This document shows positions 50,259 through 60,540 of a stretch of DNA of 61,744 nt, piece after piece. A model generated the notes under the pieces. The model saw only the letters and a program-made list of their open reading frames with translations. It searched no databases and was not told the origin of the DNA. The DNA is taken from positions 1-61,744 of the forward strand of contig CAIRMK010000210.1 of assembly GCA_903879645.1 (NCBI GenBank), given 5' to 3'. How positions within the stretch are numbered: position 1 is the first letter of the stretch; the number at the start of each line of letters is the position of its first letter. Made by a program: the position numbers and the translations under genes. Origin of the DNA: an uncultured Bacteroidota bacterium. GTDB taxonomy: Bacteria; Bacteroidota; Bacteroidia; Flavobacteriales; Flavobacteriaceae.

Positions 50259-50264
50259 TTAAAA

Positions 50265-51626
50265 ATGGCATCTAAACCAAGCATTCCTAAAGGCACACGC
50301 GATTTTTCTCCTGTTGAGGTTTCTAAACGTAACTATATTATTTCTATTATGAGAACTCATTTTGAGAACTATGGTTACCAGCCTATAGAAACTCCAAGTT
50401 TTGAAAATTCGGATACCTTGATGGGAAAATATGGTGAAGAAGGCGATAGATTGATTTTTAAGATATTGAATTCTGGAGATTATTTGGATAAGGTTTTAAC
50501 AGAAGAATTACAAGACATAAATTATAAAAAACTAACAACCAAAATCTCCGAAAAAGCCCTTCGTTACGACTTGACCGTTCCGTTTGCACGATATGTGGTA
50601 CAACACCAAAGTGAAATTGAGTTTCCGTTTAAGCGTTATCAAATTCAACCGGTTTGGCGTGCCGATAGACCTCAAAAAGGACGTTTTAGAGAATTTTATC
50701 AGTGTGATGCCGATGTAGTTGGTTCGAATTCGTTGTGGCAAGAAGTAGAGTTGGTGCAATTGTACGACTCGGTTTTTGCTGAATTGGGTTTGAATGGTGT
50801 TACTATCAAAATCAATAATCGTAAAATATTATCGGGAATTGCTGAGGTGATTGGTGCTTCAGATAAATTGATTGACTTTACCGTTGCTTTAGATAAACTG
50901 GACAAAATAGGAGAGGACGGCGTTAAAAAAGAAATGCTTGAAAAAGGAATTTCGGAAGAAGCTTTAGTAAAAGTGCAACCGTTATTCAATTTTACTGGAA
51001 CAATTCAAGAGAAAATTGAGAAATTGTCGGCATTACTTTCATCATCGGACGAAGGAATGAAAGGCATTGAAGAATTGCGATTCATCTGTGACAACGTGAT
51101 TCAATTAGGTTTGCAAAAAGCCATTTTAGATTTAGATGTAACGTTGGCTCGTGGTTTGAACTATTATACTGGAGCTATTTTTGAAGTTTTGGCACCTGCA
51201 GGAGTGGCAATGGGAAGTATTGGTGGCGGCGGACGATATGATGATTTGACCGGTATCTTCGGGTTGAAAAACATGAGTGGCGTAGGAATTTCGTTTGGAT
51301 TGGATAGAATCTATTTGGTTTTAGAAGAACTGAACTTGTTTCCAGAAACGGTAACGACTTCTACTAAAATTATGTTTTTAAATTTTGGCGAAAGCCAAGC
51401 TTTTGAAGCGATGCAAACCATTCAGAAATTGCGCACTCAAAATATTAAAGCCGAGTTTTATCCTGATCCTGCTAAGATTGACAAACAATTTAAACATGCC
51501 GAAAGAAGAAACATATCTTTTGTTGTGAAAGAAATTGCTAACGGACTGTTTACCTTAAAAAACATTGTTTCAGGCGAACAAACTCAAGTTAGCTTTGAAG
51601 AATTGGTTGGGAAATTAAAATATTAA
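50265..51626 (+). CDS. hisS: Histidine--tRNA ligase
   Basis: [52 protein letters not shown]. Confidence 0.98.
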   Translation: MASKPSIPKGTRDFSPVEVSKRNYIISIMRTHFENYGYQPIETPSFENSDTLMGKYGEEGDRLIFKILNSGDYLDKVLTEELQDINYKKLTTKISEKALRYDLTVPFARYVVQHQSEIEFPFKRYQIQPVWRADRPQKGRFREFYQCDADVVGSNSLWQEVELVQLYDSVFAELGLNGVTIKINNRKILSGIAEVIGASDKLIDFTVALDKLDKIGEDGVKKEMLEKGISEEALVKVQPLFNFTGTIQEKIEKLSALLSSSDEGMKGIEELRFICDNVIQLGLQKAILDLDVTLARGLNYYTGAIFEVLAPAGVAMGSIGGGGRYDDLTGIFGLKNMSGVGISFGLDRIYLVLEELNLFPETVTTSTKIMFLNFGESQAFEAMQTIQKLRTQNIKAEFYPDPAKIDKQFKHAERRNISFVVKEIANGLFTLKNIVSGEQTQVSFEELVGKLKY

Positions 51627-51650
51627 AAGTTAGTTTAAATTCTATATATG

Positions 51651-51681
51651 GGCTGTTTCATTAGTAATGGAACAGCCTTTT
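51651..51681 (+). terminator. Intrinsic terminator after hisS
   Basis: GGCTGTTTCATT...AATGGAACAGCC followed by T4. Confidence 0.7.
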
Positions 51682-52003
51682 CCCCTTTGAAATGTTAAAT
51701 CCCCCATTTTTTAAAAACCATATAAATTTCAAAAACTATAAGTCGTTCGAGAGCTCGAATTCTCTCTTGTAGTTTTCAAGATACAGTTTCCGAGTAGGAA
51801 TTGTCCCAAGAAAGTTTCGGCAAAGTTTTTATATTTATAAAACAGAAAAGCCACGCAGTAAACGCGGCTTTCCATTTTAAGAAAAATCATAAACCCCTTT
51901 TGAAAATGATTTTCCTCTTATTTTTTAATTTCAATCCTTTTTATTAAAGAAAAGGTGGGGTTTGTTTGGTATTTAAAAAGTTATTATTCTATATATATGA
52001 GAA

Positions 52004-52031
52004 GAACCACGCTTAAAAAAGCGTGGTTTTT
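52004..52031 (-). terminator. Terminator-like hairpin downstream of the giant T9SS gene
   Basis: AACCACGCTT-AAAA-AAGCGTGGTT. Confidence 0.7.
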
Positions 52032-52057
52032 CGGTCGTCAAACCATTATTCTTAACC

Positions 52058-55000
52058 CTAATTAAAAATAATTTTTTTCGATGTATCTCCTTTGTCCGTT
52101 TTTACTTTGACAATATAAGTTCCGGTGCTCAAATCTCGAATAGGTACTTGGATGTTTTGTTGATTTTGATCTTTTACATCAAATTCATTTACCAATTGGC
52201 TCAACATATTGAAAAGCGATACTTTTTCTACCGTGGTATCAATCACGTTGTTTTTTATGTTTAAAATATTACTTGCATTGGCATAAGTGATATCAATTCC
52301 ATTATCTAAATCAAAAGTATTTGTAGCTAGTGCCGAAGTATTTTTAAAGGTTAAAGAAAAACGAGTTTCCGTTAAACCGGCGGGTACTTGTACTGTATAT
52401 TTTTGAGAGGTAACATTGTGATAAATTCCAGTGGTATTGTCAAGAATATAAATTTTTTGATTGGCATTCCAATGTTCTGTTTTGTCAACCATTATATCAA
52501 CTGACCCCGCCACATTAGTTTTTATTCCAAGAGGGTAGGTTTTGTTAACATCAAAATATCCAACACCTTGAATGTTCAATCGAGTACCGCTATTCATAAA
52601 ATACATATCATTAAGTTGATTATCAATATTAGCACCATCATATCCAATATCAATTCCTTCAGTGGCATGATTTTCCATAAATCCTAAAAGAATTTGACGG
52701 TGATAATTATCGGTCGATGTCAATCCTAAACGTACTCTTTTAAAGGAGTCAGTTGGCACAAAATCTTCGGCATTATATCCTACTGCTGTGCTAACTATAG
52801 TTTGTTTGAAAAGAGTATTTGAGTTGATGGCATCATCTTCTTTTACAAAACCTCTTATACTATTATCAAAAGTTACGGTTCCTCCAATTGTAGAGCCTAC
52901 AATAAAGAATCCTTGTCCTACAGGAATGTATCTATTTGGTATTTTAGAACTTGTACCGATACCACTTATAGTTACTGGTGCTACTGGTCCTGTCCCACCA
53001 GTTAAGTTAAGTGCTGAATAGCCTCCTTGATAATTAGCTACATTATGGGTATTATTATTACTAGCATGTTGCCAAAAATAGATAGTACCTGTTATGGAAT
53101 CACTATTGTTAATGATAAACGCATTAGAATCAATTGCAGATGGATAAGGATTTCCTGAAAGGTTTAGATTTCCGGCGGCAATTGATGTAGTTATTCCTCC
53201 ATTATTTGGTTTACCAACAAAAGTATAGTTTTGAGTTGCAGTTGCAGCACCACTGCCTTTTAAGGTATATCCTTGAGCGGGTAATAATGAGCCAGTAGGT
53301 CCAACCGACGCCCAATTTGCATAAGCATTGCTAAGATTTTGGTATTTGAATATCCAATAACTACTTAATGTTATGGGGCTTGTAGGGCTACCATTTAATC
53401 CACTAGTCCATGATATGTTTTGTGGAGTACTTGTAGTTCCGTCTTTCATCACAACATCAACTGTGAATACATTATTATTTGAACTTGTATTGATTGGTCC
53501 AACAGGCGATGACCAATAGTTATAGTTATATAAGTTAGATTGTCCTTGTTGATCTCTATGAACATTACCCGCACTCGTTACATCTAAATCACTAATGGTG
53601 GTTTGAACAAGTTGTGATTTTCCGTTTAAAATAAGTGTGCCATCTAATTTTAAATACCAATCATTTTGAAGTTTAGTATCATTATTCATTGTTATTGTTG
53701 CACTTGGGTCAACAAACATTCCTAAGTCAATATTATTTGATATTTCAGTAATATTATGTTTGACTTGAATTATTGACCAATCTTGATCCATAGCATCCAA
53801 TCCTCTAATATCATTTGTAGAATCGTCAATTGCCGTTGCAAATGAACCTGCTCTTTTTGTTACAAATGGCATTGGAGCTTGTTGTACATAAATATTTTTA
53901 AAATTGTATAGCTTCATACCTGTTCCTTTATCTACTGTTGCGGTCGTTAAATCGTCAACAATATCATCTTTATAAGTATCCATTCTATAGTAACGCAATA
54001 AATTGGCAAAAGGTAAAGCAGGAATTTTTTTAGGGATGATTGCACCTCTAACTTGAGAACTTGTATTTTGAATTTCTTGATATACCATTTTCTCCACTTG
54101 ATCATCGGTTAGAGCAGTATTAAATACTCTAATCTCATCGATTTTTCCTTTAAAATACTTTGTATTAGCCGCTGGATTTTTACCTAAGGTTAATTTTGTA
54201 GCATCAGCAGCAATATTTCCAGTTGCCGTTTGAGAAGCTACTAACACTCCATTTAGATACAATTTAACTAATCCACCGCCATAAACGGCTGCGACATTAT
54301 ACCACTGTTTTGTGTTCAAGGTAAGAGTACTATATGTAAGAGTTGTACTATTTACTGCAACCTCTAATTTTTTTGCACTAGTCACTCTAATTTGAAATTT
54401 GTCTTGCCCTACAATCAGGCCATCTGAACTAAAAGCACTGTTTAAATCAATCCAAGCCATTAAGGAGGCATTTGCTAATCCTCCAAGAATTGGGGCGTTT
54501 TCTGCATAGTCATTTCTTCCATCAAAATCTAATTCAAGTTTTCGATTCAAGTCTCTTGGTGAACCTATCACATTTGGATTCGTATCAAAAGAGTCTAATA
54601 TTCCATCTTTGTCTATATCTACAGAGCCATCTATTTTTCCATCATTATTAGTGTCTAAACTACCATATAAACCAGTTTGAATATCGTTAATTCCATCATT
54701 ATTGGAGTCTAAATCTAAATAGTCTGGAATTCCATCACCATCGGTATCTTGAGCATAGGCTCTTGAAGTAGTTCCAAAGCCAACATAGTTATCATATAAA
54801 TCTAATATGCCATCTTTATCACTATCTACTAAATCTCCTTTTCCATCATCATTAATGTCGCCATCTCCATTTAACATTCCAGCTTCATCAACATCAAAGA
54901 ACGAATCATTATCACTATCTAAATCTAAGTAATTAGGGACGCCATCACCGTCAGTATCTGGAATCGAATAAGTTCCAGCAGCGATTTGAGCATCTATAGC

Positions 55001-58000
55001 ATCGTGAAGCCCGTTATGATTGGCGTCTACCCATAAGCTAGGATCCATTTTAGATGATCCATTACTATAGGCTTTCAACCCGGCTTCTTCAACATCCGGA
55101 ATGCCATCATTTTCATCATCTAAGTCAAAGATGTTAGGAATTCCATCACCATCAGAATCTACATACAATTGACTAATTGTAATATCATCCATTGCAAAAT
55201 CATTTCCACCACCTCCAGCTGCATTGTTTTTAATTTTTATAATAAAATCAGACACATTACCTAAATTGACAGTTGTAGTATAATTTAACCAATTGGATAA
55301 TGAGGGGCCACAAGTATTATCTAAAGAATTGGTAGCTGAACATCTACCTATATCCCCTGTATTATAGCTTGCAATTAATGTAGCTCCCGTTACATCCCTA
55401 AATTCAATTGTAATATTTGGTAAAATAGTTCCACTAAGATTTCCCTGTCTCATTAGGTTCATAACCCAAAAGCTAAAAGTTGTTGGAGTATTAGGTAGAA
55501 CACCATTAATGACTGCCTGATAAAAATAAGAACCGGCAGAAAAATCAGCATTAAAAATAGCCATTCTTCCATAAAGATCTCCTGTATGGTCTCGTTGATC
55601 TGTCCAAGCTAAATCATGGTGAAGATTTTCTGGATCTGATGATATACCATTAGTATTAGTTACTAAATAATTAACGCAATATTCACCGTCATCAAGCACT
55701 CCAGAAGAATTAGACGCACAATTATTTGCGTTTGTAGTTATATTATCTTCATAACAAGAGGTAGTAGTGGCACCAGGAATGTTAATATTAATTTGTCCTT
55801 TTGTTTTACCAGCTCCAAAAGTTTCATTTAAAAAAACATATTGAACTAAATTATTTGTAGGATAATTAAGTGCATCTGCTTGTTCTTTGATGTCTGGAAT
55901 TCCGTCATTATCATCATCTAAATCTTTATTATCAGTAACTCCATCTCCGTCAGTATCTAAATAAGTTTGCACTCCTAATCCGGTTAAAGCAAAAGTAAAG
56001 GGGGTCATTCCAGTTGCATTTGTCATTAATGAAATTGTAGCTGTTTTGGTCCCTTTAATAGTTGGGTTAAAGGCAATTTCGAATGTACTACTGCCTCCCG
56101 GAGCTATAGAAGAACTTGGGACTAAAGTCATATTAAAATCACTAGCATTAGTTCCTGTAAAAGACGTAGCTCCAATAAATAATGTTCCAGTTCCTGTATT
56201 TGTAATTGTATAAGTAATTATTACAGAACCACTATCAATAGATACATTCCCAAAATCTGTAAGTTTTGTAGGTGTAGGAGTAGTATCACCATTTGAAATA
56301 GCAACTCCATTAGTATTGGTTACGGTCATAACTAATGTTCCACCAGTTCCTTGTATTTTATAAGTGAATGGATTTTTAGTACTATCATTATTAACTATGC
56401 TAATTGTTGCAGTTCTTGTACCTGTTCCACTAGGCGTAAATAATACTGTGAAAGTTGAGCTTCCAAATGCAGCAATTGTAGCGCTTGGTGACGTTTGAAT
56501 TGAAAAATCAGCAGCATTGGTTCCACTAAAAGATAATGCACCAATTGTTAATGGAAAATTACCACCATTAATAATTGTAAAGGTTCTTGTAGATGCAACA
56601 GTACTGAAATCTGTCCAATTTGAAGTTAAAGGTGTTGTTGAACCATTGGTAATGCTTGATGCATTTCCTTGTATTGTTATTCCTTGTACTACACCAGTTC
56701 CTTGAACCTTAAATGTAAATGGATTTTTGGTACTATCATTATTTACAATGTTTATTGTAGCAGATCGAGTACCTGTTGCACCAGGAGTAAATAAAACTGT
56801 AAAGGTAGTACTTCCAAGAGCTGGGATACTAGAACTTGGAGATGTTTGAATCGAAAAATCAGTTGGATTTGTTCCTGTAAAAGTAATTGCTCCGATAGTT
56901 AATGGTAAAGTGCCAGTATTATAAATTGTATAAGTTCTAGTTATTGTTACAGTACTAAAATCAGTCCAATTGGAAGTTGATACAGTTGTTGATCCATTAG
57001 TAATAGCAGCAGAATTTCCTTTGATAGATATAAGCTGGGTGGCACCTGATCCACTAACAGCAAATGTAAAAGGATTTTTGGTGCTATCATTGTTAACAAT
57101 ACTAATTGTTGCATTTCGAGTTCCTGTAGCACTTGGAGTGAACAGTGCTGTAAATGTAGTACTTCCATAAGCAGCTACAGTAGCACTAGGTGCCGTTTGA
57201 ATCGAAAAATCTGAAGCATTCGCTCCTGTAAAAGTTATTGTTCCAATATTTAGAATAACATTTCCGCTATTAATAATGGTAAAAGTTCTTGTATTTGTTA
57301 TATTGCTAAAATCTGTCCAATTGGTTGTTGTTGTTGTAGATGATACATTTGTTATTGTTGTAGCATTTCCTTGAATTGAAATTCCTTGAGCAACACCTGT
57401 TCCTTGTAATGCAAAAGTGTAAGGGTTATTACTGGAATCATTGTTGATTATTGAAATTGTTGCTGTTCTAATTCCAGCAGCAGATGGATTGAATGTCACA
57501 ATAAATGTAGTACTCGATGAATTTCCTACAGAATTGGAAGGAAACGTTGTTACACTAAAATCACTTGCATTTGCTCCAAAAAAAGAGATGGCTCCAATAT
57601 TTAAGATACCAAGTCCAGTATTATTTATTGTAAAAGTACGTGTTGAATTGGTTGTGCTAAAATCTGTCCAGTTGGTTGTTGAAGGTGTTGAACTGCCATT
57701 AATAATTGCAATAGCATTGCCTGTAACATTTATTGATGAATAGTTTACAGTTGCTATAACGGCAGTTCTCGGCGATGAAGAACAAGTACCATTAACAGCT
57801 TCTACATAGTATGTAGTTGTAGTAGAAATAGAAGGCGTTGTAAAACTTGATCCAAAACCAATTGAAGAACCTCCGGTTAAATTGGCATACCAATAAGGTG
57901 TACCCGCGGATGGAGTTGCTCCTATAATAGTTGTTCCAGTTCCAGTTCTTGTTGATGGTACCGTTGTTGTAATTGTAGGAGTTGTATAAATTGTTAATAA

Positions 58001-60112
58001 TTTTGTAGAAGTATCATCGCTACATCCCACACTTGAAGCTGTAAGGGTAAGTGTTACGCTTCCGGCATTAATGTCTGCGGCACTCGGTGTATAAGTACAA
58101 GTAGACAATGAGTTTGCATTTGTAAAAGTACCAGTACCGTTTGAAGTCCAGGTTAATGTAGTATAGTTTGTCGCTGCTGCCCCAGATGTAATGTTTACTG
58201 CAGAAGAACTTGAACAAGTTGAGATTGCATCACCTGCAGTAGCCGTGGGAGCAAGTATATTCAATGCCTTTGTAGATACATCATTAAAACAAGAGCTTAA
58301 GCCTATTGCCGTAAGAGTTAATATTACACCTCCGTCTAAATTATCAGCTGCACTAGGAGTATAAGTACAAGCAGTTAATGAATTTGGATTGGTAAAAGTT
58401 CCTGTACCACTAGAAGTCCAAGTTATGCTAGAATAATTTGTTGCACTTGCTCCAGCAGTAATATTTACTGTTCCAGAAGCATTGCATAAATTTATTACGG
58501 TTCCCGCATTTGCTGCTGCAGGAGAAGTAATTGTTAAGGTCTTGGTAGATGTTGCTGTACAACCAGCGTTCGTTGCTGTTAAAGTCAAAATTACACTTCC
58601 AGCAATAATATCTGCAGAACTAGGAGTATAGGTGCATGCAGTTAATGAATTAGCATTTGTAAAGGTACCACTTCCACTACTTGTCCAAACTGTATTAGTT
58701 TGATTGGTTGCAGTTGCTCCTGCACAAACATTAGTCGAAACATAAATGGAGCAAAAAGATATTGCAGTCCCAGCATCTGCTGTTGTAGCTGGGCTAATGG
58801 TTAAGGTTTTAGTTGATATTGCAGTTGTACATGGTGAATTCCCACTAACAGTTAATGTTAATGTTACATTTCCTGAAACAATATCCGAAGCGCTTGGTAA
58901 ATAAGTGCATGTAGTTAATGAATTTGCATTTGCAAATGTGCCGGTTCCACTTGAAGTCCAAAGAATTGAAGTATAATTTGTAGCATTTGCTCCAGTCGTA
59001 ATATTTACTGCTCCAGTTGTTGAACAGGTATTAATTATCGTACCAGCTACTGCAGTTGGAGATGGGACAACAGTTGTATTGGCTGAGTTATTTGAACTAA
59101 TTGTACTGTTGCAGGTTCCAGAGGATAAATTTGTTATAGTAATAGTTGTCGTTCCAGCATTTAATAATGAAGTTGAAAAAGTTCCTATTCCTGGACTTCC
59201 TGAGGTGAAACTCATTGTTGCAGTGTTTCCGGTTGCTGTAGTTGACCCAGATAGATTATATTTGACTGTATAAGTTCCTGTACTTAGTGATGTTGAGCGT
59301 AAAGTAACTACTGAACTAGATGAAACACATAATGGTCCTGTTGCAGAAGCAGACGAGGTTAAACTATAGCTTGGACAGGTAAATATTATTGTCATATAGC
59401 CTCCAGCTCCACTAGCTCCACTAGCTGAGCCAGTACCGCCGCCGCCGCCGCCGCCGTAGTTGTTTCCAATTGTTCCATTTGTATTACTTAAAATACTTCC
59501 AGTACCTCCAGCTCCAGCATTTGTTCCACCAGATGATCCAGCAGTAGGTATAGTTCCAGCAGCTCCACCATTTCCAGTTAATGCAGCCCCACCACCACCG
59601 CCACCACTTCCAGTAGTAGATCCAGCTTTACCAGCACCTCCAGTTTTATTTGTAGACCCACCAGTACCAGTTCCACCGGTACCAGCACTTCCACCAGCAC
59701 TTCCAGTTCCACCACCACCACCATTACCACCATTTGCAGTAATTGTTGTTCCTCCAAATGTAGCTGTTGTTGCGCTTCCATTTCCTCCATTTGAGACTGT
59801 GCCTGTAGTTCCCGCTGTTCCAATTGTTATAGGATATGAAGTTCCAGACGTAACGGTTATGCTAATGTTTTGTGAAAAACCACCTCCACCGCCACCTCCA
59901 CCGCCATATTTGGTGCCACCACTACCACCATGCCCACCACCACCACCAGCACCATAGGCATTAACTTGAATAGATGTAACACCTGCTGGAGGAATAAAAG
60001 TTCCCGAGCTTGTATATGGTATAGTAGTTTGAGCATATCCAAAACCAACTATCATTAATAGTAAAATTAAAAAGATAAATTTTATTTCTGCTTTATTTAA
60101 ACTTGTTCTCAT
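52058..60112 (-). CDS. 2684-aa T9SS-secreted multidomain surface protein: Gly-rich domain, 4 PKD/Ig-like repeats, Ig domain, 5 choice-of-anchor-D-like repeats, DxDxDG Ca-binding repeats, LamG, T9SS type-A CTD
   Basis: Signal peptide; repeated WTSSGTGTF and NWTDFS..RTFTI..NPFTF units; DTDGDG/DSDNDS motifs; WYNVAAVY...FKGKIDEIRVFN LamG; LSTGTYIVKV..KKIIFN CTD. Confidence 0.9.
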   Translation of the reverse strand: MRTSLNKAEIKFIFLILLLMIVGFGYAQTTIPYTSSGTFIPPAGVTSIQVNAYGAGGGGGHGGSGGTKYGGGGGGGGGFSQNISITVTSGTSYPITIGTAGTTGTVSNGGNGSATTATFGGTTITANGGNGGGGGTGSAGGSAGTGGTGTGGSTNKTGGAGKAGSTTGSGGGGGGAALTGNGGAAGTIPTAGSSGGTNAGAGGTGSILSNTNGTIGNNYGGGGGGGTGSASGASGAGGYMTIIFTCPSYSLTSSASATGPLCVSSSSVVTLRSTSLSTGTYTVKYNLSGSTTATGNTATMSFTSGSPGIGTFSTSLLNAGTTTITITNLSSGTCNSTISSNNSANTTVVPSPTAVAGTIINTCSTTGAVNITTGANATNYTSILWTSSGTGTFANANSLTTCTYLPSASDIVSGNVTLTLTVSGNSPCTTAISTKTLTISPATTADAGTAISFCSIYVSTNVCAGATATNQTNTVWTSSGSGTFTNANSLTACTYTPSSADIIAGSVILTLTATNAGCTATSTKTLTITSPAAANAGTVINLCNASGTVNITAGASATNYSSITWTSSGTGTFTNPNSLTACTYTPSAADNLDGGVILTLTAIGLSSCFNDVSTKALNILAPTATAGDAISTCSSSSAVNITSGAAATNYTTLTWTSNGTGTFTNANSLSTCTYTPSAADINAGSVTLTLTASSVGCSDDTSTKLLTIYTTPTITTTVPSTRTGTGTTIIGATPSAGTPYWYANLTGGSSIGFGSSFTTPSISTTTTYYVEAVNGTCSSSPRTAVIATVNYSSINVTGNAIAIINGSSTPSTTNWTDFSTTNSTRTFTINNTGLGILNIGAISFFGANASDFSVTTFPSNSVGNSSSTTFIVTFNPSAAGIRTATISIINNDSSNNPYTFALQGTGVAQGISIQGNATTITNVSSTTTTTNWTDFSNITNTRTFTIINSGNVILNIGTITFTGANASDFSIQTAPSATVAAYGSTTFTALFTPSATGTRNATISIVNNDSTKNPFTFAVSGSGATQLISIKGNSAAITNGSTTVSTSNWTDFSTVTITRTYTIYNTGTLPLTIGAITFTGTNPTDFSIQTSPSSSIPALGSTTFTVLFTPGATGTRSATINIVNNDSTKNPFTFKVQGTGVVQGITIQGNASSITNGSTTPLTSNWTDFSTVASTRTFTIINGGNFPLTIGALSFSGTNAADFSIQTSPSATIAAFGSSTFTVLFTPSGTGTRTATISIVNNDSTKNPFTYKIQGTGGTLVMTVTNTNGVAISNGDTTPTPTKLTDFGNVSIDSGSVIITYTITNTGTGTLFIGATSFTGTNASDFNMTLVPSSSIAPGGSSTFEIAFNPTIKGTKTATISLMTNATGMTPFTFALTGLGVQTYLDTDGDGVTDNKDLDDDNDGIPDIKEQADALNYPTNNLVQYVFLNETFGAGKTKGQININIPGATTTSCYEDNITTNANNCASNSSGVLDDGEYCVNYLVTNTNGISSDPENLHHDLAWTDQRDHTGDLYGRMAIFNADFSAGSYFYQAVINGVLPNTPTTFSFWVMNLMRQGNLSGTILPNITIEFRDVTGATLIASYNTGDIGRCSATNSLDNTCGPSLSNWLNYTTTVNLGNVSDFIIKIKNNAAGGGGNDFAMDDITISQLYVDSDGDGIPNIFDLDDENDGIPDVEEAGLKAYSNGSSKMDPSLWVDANHNGLHDAIDAQIAAGTYSIPDTDGDGVPNYLDLDSDNDSFFDVDEAGMLNGDGDINDDGKGDLVDSDKDGILDLYDNYVGFGTTSRAYAQDTDGDGIPDYLDLDSNNDGINDIQTGLYGSLDTNNDGKIDGSVDIDKDGILDSFDTNPNVIGSPRDLNRKLELDFDGRNDYAENAPILGGLANASLMAWIDLNSAFSSDGLIVGQDKFQIRVTSAKKLEVAVNSTTLTYSTLTLNTKQWYNVAAVYGGGLVKLYLNGVLVASQTATGNIAADATKLTLGKNPAANTKYFKGKIDEIRVFNTALTDDQVEKMVYQEIQNTSSQVRGAIIPKKIPALPFANLLRYYRMDTYKDDIVDDLTTATVDKGTGMKLYNFKNIYVQQAPMPFVTKRAGSFATAIDDSTNDIRGLDAMDQDWSIIQVKHNITEISNNIDLGMFVDPSATITMNNDTKLQNDWYLKLDGTLILNGKSQLVQTTISDLDVTSAGNVHRDQQGQSNLYNYNYWSSPVGPINTSSNNNVFTVDVVMKDGTTSTPQNISWTSGLNGSPTSPITLSSYWIFKYQNLSNAYANWASVGPTGSLLPAQGYTLKGSGAATATQNYTFVGKPNNGGITTSIAAGNLNLSGNPYPSAIDSNAFIINNSDSITGTIYFWQHASNNNTHNVANYQGGYSALNLTGGTGPVAPVTISGIGTSSKIPNRYIPVGQGFFIVGSTIGGTVTFDNSIRGFVKEDDAINSNTLFKQTIVSTAVGYNAEDFVPTDSFKRVRLGLTSTDNYHRQILLGFMENHATEGIDIGYDGANIDNQLNDMYFMNSGTRLNIQGVGYFDVNKTYPLGIKTNVAGSVDIMVDKTEHWNANQKIYILDNTTGIYHNVTSQKYTVQVPAGLTETRFSLTFKNTSALATNTFDLDNGIDITYANASNILNIKNNVIDTTVEKVSLFNMLSQLVNEFDVKDQNQQNIQVPIRDLSTGTYIVKVKTDKGDTSKKIIFN

Positions 60113-60184
60113 AACTATTTGGGTTTAGTTATTGATGTTTTATTGAATTAATTTTATTAATTCTGATCTATTGATTTGACAAGC

Positions 60185-60255
60185 CAAAAATAGGGATGAA
60201 TAGGAGTTTAAAAAAATATTTGATCGATTAAATACTTAAAAAATCGATTAAATAC
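60185..60255 (-). promoter_or_regulatory. -7 box plus upstream 13-bp direct-repeat pair for the giant T9SS gene
   Basis: Minus-strand TATTTTTG at 60192-60185; ATCGATTAAATAC at 60223-60235 and 60243-60255. Confidence 0.6.
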
Positions 60256-60381
60256 ATTTTTAATATGTTAAAGTAAGAAAAAAATTATATGTATTATTAA
60301 CTTAATTGAGCTTTTTATTAAATAAAATAGATTGATTAACAATGTTTTACAAAACAACTGAGAAAAATAAAATGAAGAGTT

Positions 60382-60419
60382 AAAAAAAAGTCTTAAACAA
60401 TGATTTGTTTAAGACTTTT
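60382..60419 (-). terminator. Terminator of the original tRNA-Met locus
   Basis: AAAAGTCTTAAACAA-TGAT-TTGTTTAAGACTTTT immediately 3' of the tRNA fragment. Confidence 0.8.
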
Positions 60420-60426
60420 ATATTTT

Positions 60427-60475
60427 GTAGCGAGAGGGAGATTTGAACTCCCGACCTCAGGGTTATGAATCCTGC
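60427..60475 (-). pseudogene. 3' half of a tRNA-Met(CAT) gene (anticodon arm to acceptor end); att site of an integrated element
   Basis: Minus strand reads GCAGGATT-CAT-AACCCTGAGGTCGGGAGTTCAAATCTCCCTCTCGCTAC. The anticodon loop, T-arm and 3' acceptor strand are present; the D-arm and 5' strand are absent. Confidence 0.88.
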
Positions 60476-60540
60476 TTCAAATACTTGATAATCAAGTAAT
60501 TAAGTGAGTAAATTGTGATTTGTGTCACAAAAGTGTCACA

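Noticed and set aside
59460-59957. 165-aa proline-rich + strand ORF
   Set aside because: Antisense reading of the poly-Gly codons in the giant T9SS gene.
60427-60475. Functional tRNA-Met gene
   Set aside because: The D-arm and 5' acceptor strand are missing; it is a fragment only.
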